In this document: piece by piece, positions 27,344-64,000 of the stretch
Layout: each line of letters opens with the position of its first letter
Position numbering within the stretch: position 1 is the first letter of the stretch
From: the human T2T-CHM13v2.0 reference genome, Homo sapiens
Length of the DNA stretch: 64,000 nt
NCBI RefSeq assembly: GCF_009914755.1
Contig: NC_060947.1
Reading direction: 5' to 3' (one strand)
The notes under the pieces: generated by a model
What the model was told of the DNA's origin: nothing
The model's input: only the letters and a program-made list of their open reading frames with translations
The model's database searches: none
Made by a program: the position numbers and the translations under genes

Positions 27344-27525
27344 CAGTGTTTCTTAAAATGTGGCCTTTGAAGCATCAGCAGCATATGGGAAGTTATAAAA
27401 AATGCAAATTATTGGGCCCCACCCGAGACCTACTGAATCAGAACTTCTAGGATGGGACCCAGGAATCTGTATTTTAACAAGTGCTCCAGTGGATTCTGAT
27501 TTATGCTGAAGTTTGAAGACCACTG
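27344..27525. mobile_element. MER5A-like hAT-Charlie MITE
   Basis: Ends cagtgtttcttaaa / tttgaagaccactg; internal gggccccacccgagacctactgaatcagaa typical of MER5. Confidence 0.8.
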
Positions 27526-27755
27526 GTTTATCTTGAAAATCTAGCCCTGATGGGTTGGGATACAGGACTGGTAAGGTTTGGTAGGATATTGAAGGAGAAG
27601 TTTGAAGGCCGGGCCATTGCCAATAATTGTAGATCTGTTGGATTTCTATGGTGGGAGGAGTGAGGGTATGGGAAAGGGGGTGCCAAAAAAGTAATAGAAG
27701 GGAACCCAGCAGGAGCTAGCTCACTAGAAGAGTTAGAAAGATAAACTTTGCCTCC

Positions 27756-28448
<693 letters not shown>

Positions 28449-28459
28449 CCTTCTTTGCA

Positions 28460-32545
<4,086 letters not shown>

Positions 32546-32794
32546 TCACCATCACCACCATTACTCATTGATCAAGATGAGATATCCATTTTATATCAAG
32601 CTCTCAATACTTTGCATTTATGTACTGATTTCTTTTTGTACCCATACACTGTGTACACAGATACATGTGCACACCCATGCACACACACACGCACATCTCA
32701 TTCCAAAACAGATTTTATGGGTACATCAGGATCAAAACAGAGAATTCAAATATGCTATTTCTAGTGGGTTGATATAATTGCTATGATTCAGCTT

Positions 32795-33905
<1,111 letters not shown>

Positions 33906-34009
33906 AGCTTTAAATATGATTTTTAGCTTTCTGGAAGGCATAGCAAAAGGAAAAATACTAGCTTGCATAGTTTTATGTATTTCCTATACACAAAGGTCAC
34001 TATGTGATT

Positions 34010-36050
34010 CATTAATCCCACAAATATTTATTGAGTACCTACCGTGTGTCAAGTCCTAGACTAAGTGCTGGAGATTAACAGTGAGCAAAAGCAGACTTGG
34101 TCCCTGACTTCATGGAGCTTACAGTCTAATAGGGAAGACAGATAGCAAACAATATCACACACATTAATGAAAAAATAAAACTGCAATAAGAGCACCTAGG
34201 AGATACTCATGGTGCCCTGAGAGCCTATAATGGTGGTGGGGTGGGATGGGGACAGATTTGACTTAGTCTAGCAGTCTAGTATGTCCATCTATGAGGCTTC
34301 ATGGAGGAAGTGACGTTTGAATTCAGATCAGAAGATTAAATGGGTGTGAGCAAGGTAAAGGGAGGATGGGAGTAGGAAGAGCATTCCAAGCAAAGGAAAG
34401 AGCATGTATGAAAACTCTATGCAAGAAACAGAGGGTGGGAGTGGTGACACACACCTGTAATCCTAGCACTTTGGGAGGCCAAGGCAGGAGGATTGCTTGG
34501 GGCCAGGAGTTTGAGACCAGCCTGAGCAACATAGTGAGACCTCATCTCTAAAAAAAAAAAAAAAAAAAAAGGTTAAAAAATTAGCCAGGCATAGTAGCAC
34601 ATACCTGTAGTCCCAGCTACTTGGGAGGCTGAAGTGGAAGGATTGCTTGAGTCTGGAGGTGGAGGCTGCAGTGAGCTGTGATTGCACCATTGCACTCTGG
34701 CCTGGGCGACAGAGCGAAACCCTATCTCAAAAAAAAAAAAAAAGAAAGAAAGAGAGAAAGAAACAAAAAGAAAAGAAAGCTGATGTGGCTGAAGTGCACA
34801 GGGACCAGAGCAGGATGAAATGAGACTGAAGAGGTGAGCATAGAGCAAGATCACACAGGCCCCTAGACCAACATTAAGGGGGATATTTTTATCCAACAAT
34901 ATAAAAAGCAAACAGGAAGCAACAGGAAGCCACTGAGAGTCTTAAGACAGGAGAGTGACATAATCAGATCCATGTTCTGAAAAGTTCCCTTGTCTTCAGT
35001 GTGGACAGTGTATTGAAAGGCAAAAAGAGTGGAGGCAGGAAGGTCAGTTAGGAGGCTATTGCAGTGGTCCAGCTGAGAGATCATGCGGGCTTGTACTAGG
35101 GTGTTGGAAGTGGAAATGGAGAAAAGAAAACTTCTTTGGGAGATATTTAGGAGGGAAAGACAACCCAGACTTGGTGATGGGAGGTGGAGGATGAGGAAGA
35201 CAGAGATGCCAAGGACAACTTTGAGGTTTCTGGCTTATGTGGTGGTACATTTTGTTGAGATGGGGAGCACTGGAGAACCTCTGATTTGGGGAGGAAGGAG
35301 AAAGTCTTTGGCACCAGTTTGGGACATGTTGAGTTTGAGAAGCTTTTGAGGCATTGAAGGGGAAGATGTCGAGTACGCAATTACAGCTCAGAGGAGAGAT
35401 AAAAGTATAGGAGTCATTGGTTTGCAGGTGGTATTTAAACCCATGGGAATAGATGAAATGACCTAGAGGACTCAAGACTAATCCCTGGAAAACCTCAACA
35501 TTAAGAGATGGAAAATAGGAGGAAGAACCTGAAAAGGAGAAGCCAGAGAGGATGGAGGAAAATGCAGACCACCACATGCCACTGAAACCCAAGGACAAGA
35601 GGATTTCAAGAAGGTAATGGTCAACAAAACTGAATCCTGGCTGGGCGCATTGGCTCATGCCTGTGATCCCAGCACTTTGGGAGGCCAAGGCAGGAGGATC
35701 ACTTGAGCCCAGGAGTTTGAAACCGGCCTGGGCAACATAGAAAGACCCCATCTCTTTAAAAAAAAAAAAAAAGAGCTGAATATTGCCAACTGCCAAAAGG
35801 TCAAGGGAGATAAGGGAAAACTGTCCATAGAATTTAGGGTTCATGGAGCTCATTGAGCTAATCAAGAGCTGTTTTGGGAGTGTGATGGTGGCAAAAAAAA
35901 AAGGCTCAAGTATGCTGAAGAATGATTGGGAAATGAGCAAATGGATTCAGCAAGTACTATATAGCCAATTTGAAAAAACAACATGGCTGTAAAGGAAAAC
36001 AGAGATGGTATGGTAGCTGGAGAAGGATGTAGAGGTCAGAGTTTCTTTAA
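34010..36050 (-). mobile_element. L2 element including RT-domain remnant, with nested AluJ (34432-34778) and Alu monomer (35639-35772)
   Basis: L2 3' tail complement (attcattaatcccacaaatatttattgagtacc); translated remnant [14 protein letters not shown]...VFQGLVLSPL...HGFKYHL resembles L2/CR1 RT. Confidence 0.85.
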
Positions 36051-36058
36051 AGATGGCA

Positions 36059-41639
<5,581 letters not shown>

Positions 41640-41939
41640 TTAAACTCACCTGGGCCTTCTGCACTATACCAAGGCTGCTACAGGAAACGCAAGGCAATCA
41701 ACCATGCTTGGCATCTACCGAGCCTGGCCCAAGCCTGAGGACTGGCTCTGACCTCCTGTTACTGCTTTGGTCTTTTTGGCTTGCAGGTTCTTGGCTCCGC
41801 ATATTTCACCTAAGTGAGAGAGGCTCCTTCCTCACTTCCTGGGCTCTCAGGGCCCTGTGGTTGAAACTCTCTTCTGCACCCCTCCTCCTGTATCCAGGGA
41901 AAAGAATCCTCATGCAATTGTGACTTATTTCCTACCAAA

Positions 41940-42420
41940 TATAGTGCAGCATTCTTCAAAATCTATGAGTGCATTGAACTCAAGACAGTTTGGCAATGGA
42001 AAATGAGAGGTTTCCAGTCATCATCTGCCCAATCCGCATGTCCAGCTGGGGGTCTGCATTTCCATGAACAAATCAACAGAGCTTTTATTTGTCTCTTGCA
42101 GTTTCAAGTTCAATGTGTTCAGATGTCTTGTCACATCCATAAGAAAATACAATCTTGTGAATCACGGAAGGTCTAACAAATTAGATTTGGTGGCTCCTTT
42201 ATTGCAAAAAGCCCTTGATTGGAGGTGACAGCTCGATAAATCTACATACTTGTGATCAGTCTCTTCTAAATAGCTCATAAACTGGTCATGGTTAAAGGCA
42301 TGAACACAGAGAAAATTAATAATTTTCATTGCTTTCTCCATCAACAGTATGTGGTAAACTGGACTTGCAAAGTCCATGAGATGAAGCATGAGGCAATGAC
42401 AGCTGGGTCCACCAAATTTC
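41940..42420 (-). mobile_element. hAT (Charlie/SPIN/GTF2IRD2-type) transposase fossil
   Basis: Minus-strand peptides MEKAMKIINFLCVHAFNHDQFMSYLEETDHKYVDL and LYFLMDVTRHLNTLNLKLQETNKS. Confidence 0.7.
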
Positions 42421-42426
42421 TCTTGA

Positions 42427-44034
<1,608 letters not shown>

Positions 44035-44369
44035 TAACCAGATGTGGGTTTGGAAAGACTTCCTAGGCCTTGAAGGATGAGTAAGAGTTAGCTGGGGAAG
44101 GGGGAGTCGAGATTAGATACAGTCTAGGCAAAAGGAATAGTATGTACAAAGACAAGAAGGAAGAAAGAACATGGTATGTTCAAGGAACTCTAAGATATTG
44201 TGTGACTGGAAGTCAGAGTTTGAAGATACTGGAAATTACCAGTAGCCATACCATTGCCTCGGGTGCCATATTGAGGAGCTTTCTCCATATTGTGGTGAAT
44301 GAGAATTCAAAATATTCAAACAGAGGATAAACACAGTCAGATATGAATGTTAAAAGGATATCTGTGTAT

Positions 44370-50530
<6,161 letters not shown>

Positions 50531-50733
50531 AATCTTTGTGGTGGCTGGTATGGAAAAGAAACTGGAGGAGGTGAAACTGGAGGTCACAGAAGTGACTGGT
50601 GCATGGTCCAAGCAGGAGAAGATGAGGCCTGAGCTGGAATAGGATTTGTGGACTGGATTCAAGAGAGATTCAGGATAGAGGTAGGCCAAGACTTGGTGTC
50701 AATTCATTTTTGGCATGATTCCTGGTTCCATAG

Positions 50734-51457
<724 letters not shown>

Positions 51458-51479
51458 CATAGTGGCTGTCCTGACACTA

Positions 51480-53915
<2,436 letters not shown>

Positions 53916-53929
53916 ATTAGGATATTAGT

Positions 53930-54340
53930 TGTATTAGGCCATTCTTGTGTTGCTATAAAGAAATACCTGGAACTGGGTAATTTATATAAAAAAAAAGAGG
54001 TCTTATTGGCTCACAATTCTGCAGGCTGTACAGGAAGTGTGGCACTGGCATCTGCTAGGCTTTGGGAAAGCTTTAGGGAGCATTTTAACTCGTGGAAAAA
54101 GGCAAAGTGGGAGCAGGTGTCTCACATGGCGGGAGCAGGAGTGAGGAAATAGAAAGGGCAGGGGAAGGTGCCACACTTTACAACAACCAGATCTTGTGAG
54201 AACTCACTATCACGAGGACAGCACCAAGCCATGAAGGGATCCACCCCATAACCCAAATACCCCACCAGGCCCCACCTCCAACATTGGGGATTAAAATTCA
54301 ACATAAGATTTGGGTGGGGACAAATTTCCAAATTATTTCA
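53930..54340 (-). mobile_element. MST (MSTA-like) MaLR solo LTR
   Basis: tgtattaggccattcttgtgttgctataaagaaatacc...gggacaaatttccaaattatttca; TSD ttagt/ttaat. Confidence 0.85.
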
Positions 54341-54356
54341 TTAATTAAATAAATCA

Positions 54357-58170
<3,814 letters not shown>

Positions 58171-58538
58171 CGAAGAAAGTGCAGTTATGATGGGGAAGAG
58201 GGAGAAACCAGTGGCTGAAGAGGGGCATAATGGGGTTGAGGTGGGGGAGTGTTGGTTTTGTTTTTCAATAGTCTGGAGCAGGCTTTGAGGCAAGCTAGTT
58301 TCAAAGCAGCCTAGGGTGGTGGAAAGGGCTTGAGTTTTTCCTCATCTTGACCATGACAAGCTTTCCTCAGCTTGATCTCATCTCCGCCAGGTGGCAGGGC
58401 AGCGAGAGCCCTGGCTCAGGAGCCAGACTGCCTCCGCTCTTAGCCCAGCTCCACACTCCACAGCGTGACTTTAGCCCAGTTATTTGTGCCTCAGTCTTCT
58501 TTCAAATGGGCATAATAAGGGTACATACTCCATAGGAT

Positions 58539-58958
58539 TGTCGACCTAAAAAGAAGCAGCTTGGGCAAAATTAATGTAAGTAGAGAGTTTATGTGGGCCA
58601 AGCTTGAAGATTGCAACCTGAGAGCAGAAAGTCAAGTTTCCCTGAATGTACACTTCAATTACTAGCAGTTACAGGTGGAGTTTTGAAGGCAAAAGTAGGG
58701 GACAAGGAGTGGACTGATGCAAAGTTGTTTGTCAGGAATTCTCATTGATTTACAGAAATAACATTGTTAAGCTACAGACTGTGGGTTGTAGTGTCTGGTG
58801 TGGCATTATTGGGTTAATTTATAGCTATTTATGGCAATAGCAAGCAATTTCAAGAGATGAATACACAGTTCAAAGTGGGGAGTAGGGCCTGATTTCAGTC
58901 TCATTTTAATGTCTCTCCCGGCCTGACCTGCATTCCTCAGATAAAAATTCTTTTCTCG
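58539..58958 (-). mobile_element. ERV1-class (MER4-group-like) solo LTR inserted in a MIR
   Basis: TG...C(G) ends with 4-bp TSD GGAT (58535-58538, 58959-58962); MIR sequence continues on both sides. Family not resolved. Confidence 0.65.
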
Positions 58959-58986
58959 GGATCATTGTAAGAAGGGAGATAGCTCC

Positions 58987-60733
<1,747 letters not shown>

Positions 60734-60859
60734 TAAAAGTTTTCCAGGCAGGCTAGGAAGGGGAAGGACATTCTGAGCAGAGGGAACAGCATGGGCAAAA
60801 GCACGGAGATGTGATGGAGCATCTCGGGATTTTAAGCGAGGAGAGCAACATGCTTAGAT

Positions 60860-61960
60860 TCATTCATTCTCTAATTCAACACATATGTGTCACATACTGT
60901 GCTGGGTGGTGACAATGACGGTAGTGAAAAACACCAAGTCCCTAAAATTATGGAGCTTACTTTCTAGGGAGGTAGATTTGAAGCAAATGCAAGTACGAGA
61001 TGCCTCTGGATAAAAACAAAGCAGGGGATGGGAACAGAGAGGGACCAGAGGGTGTTATTTTCAACAGGGTGGTCAGGGAGGCCTTCCCTGAGCAGGTGAC
61101 ATTGGAGCAGGACTGAATGAAGTGGGGGAGCCTGCTTCATGAGTGAACTGGGAAAGATCACACGAGGCAGAGGGAACTACAGGTGCAAAGGCCCTGAGGT
61201 GGGAGAGTGTTCGGTGTGATCAAGGAGCCAGAGGCGGGGTGGTGGAGGACTGGAGCATCCTCAGTGCAGGTCGGGGTGGGGATGAAGTTGGTAGGAGAGG
61301 GAGGAGGTGAGATTGCAGAAGACTCAGTCATGTTTTCATGGAGGACCTTGTGAGCCATGGCAAGGAGTGGGGATCTCATTCTAAGAAGGGCAGGAAGTGT
61401 TTGCTGAGACTGTGTTGAGATGTGAGAGGAAAGAGAGGCATTTAGATGGCTGGCAGATTTTCACCCAAGCAACTAGGAAGACTTCACTATGGATGGGCTA
61501 AGTTTGAGAAGCTTATTAGAGCTCCAAGGGGAGCTGTCAGCAGGCTGCTGGACAGCAGCTGGATCTGTGTGTCTGGAATTCAGAGGAAGGATCGGAGCAG
61601 CAGGCGTCTGTGCAGAGGGGTCATTGAAAGACCTGGATGAGATGAGATTCTCAAGGGAGCGAGTACATAGAGACAAGTGGACGAGGTCCGAGCCCCATGG
61701 CTCCCCAATCTCCAGACTCTAGAGGATGGAGCCAGCAGGACCAGCAGAAGGAAGGCACTGAGGAATGACTGACTGGCTAGGGAGCTCAAAGGAAAACCAG
61801 GAGAGCTGGGTGTCCCAGAAGCCAAGGGAAGCAGGAGTTGCAAGGAGGATGGGGTGATCGACAATGTCCAATGCTGCTGAGAGGGTCCAGTAAGGTGAGG
61901 ACTCAGACCCAACTGCTGGATTTGACAGCATAAAGGGAGGGCATGGATGACCTTGGTACA
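60860..61960 (-). mobile_element. L2 element with RT remnant
   Basis: ORF 61719-61961 contains TLSAALDIVDHPILLATPASLGFWDTQLSWFS (compare L2 DLSAAFDTVDH.LL..L.SLGF..T.LSWF). Confidence 0.82.
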
Positions 61961-61964
61961 CTCT

Positions 61965-64000
<2,036 letters not shown>

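Overview
Primate (human-like) genomic DNA with roughly 70 Alu copies and no prokaryotic features. The only recognisable gene is the 5' end of SEPTIN6 (SEPT6) on the minus strand. Coding exon 1 (22803-22832, MAATDIARQV) lies in a CpG-island promoter. It is followed by a 17.4-kb intron 1 and coding exon 2 (5282-5396, [39 protein letters not shown]); the gene continues beyond position 1. The ~38 kb upstream of the promoter (about 26000-64000) looks intergenic: layered Alu, L1, L2, MIR, MaLR/ERVL/ERV1 LTR and hAT DNA-transposon fossils. Nearly all ORFs in the supplied track are Alu, L1/L2 or GC-rich artefacts. I cannot support a wholly new biological system. The leads most worth testing are: (i) a candidate upstream alternative first coding exon (25251-25310) that would splice in frame to SEPT6 exon 2; (ii) a 126-bp TSD-flanked orphan retro-insertion placing a sense AATAAA+poly(A) in intron 2; (iii) a possible divergent promoter/transcript; (iv) compact TF-motif clusters in intron 1; (v) still-readable L2 reverse-transcriptase and hAT transposase fossils. 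Repeat boundaries and subfamily names are by eye and approximate.
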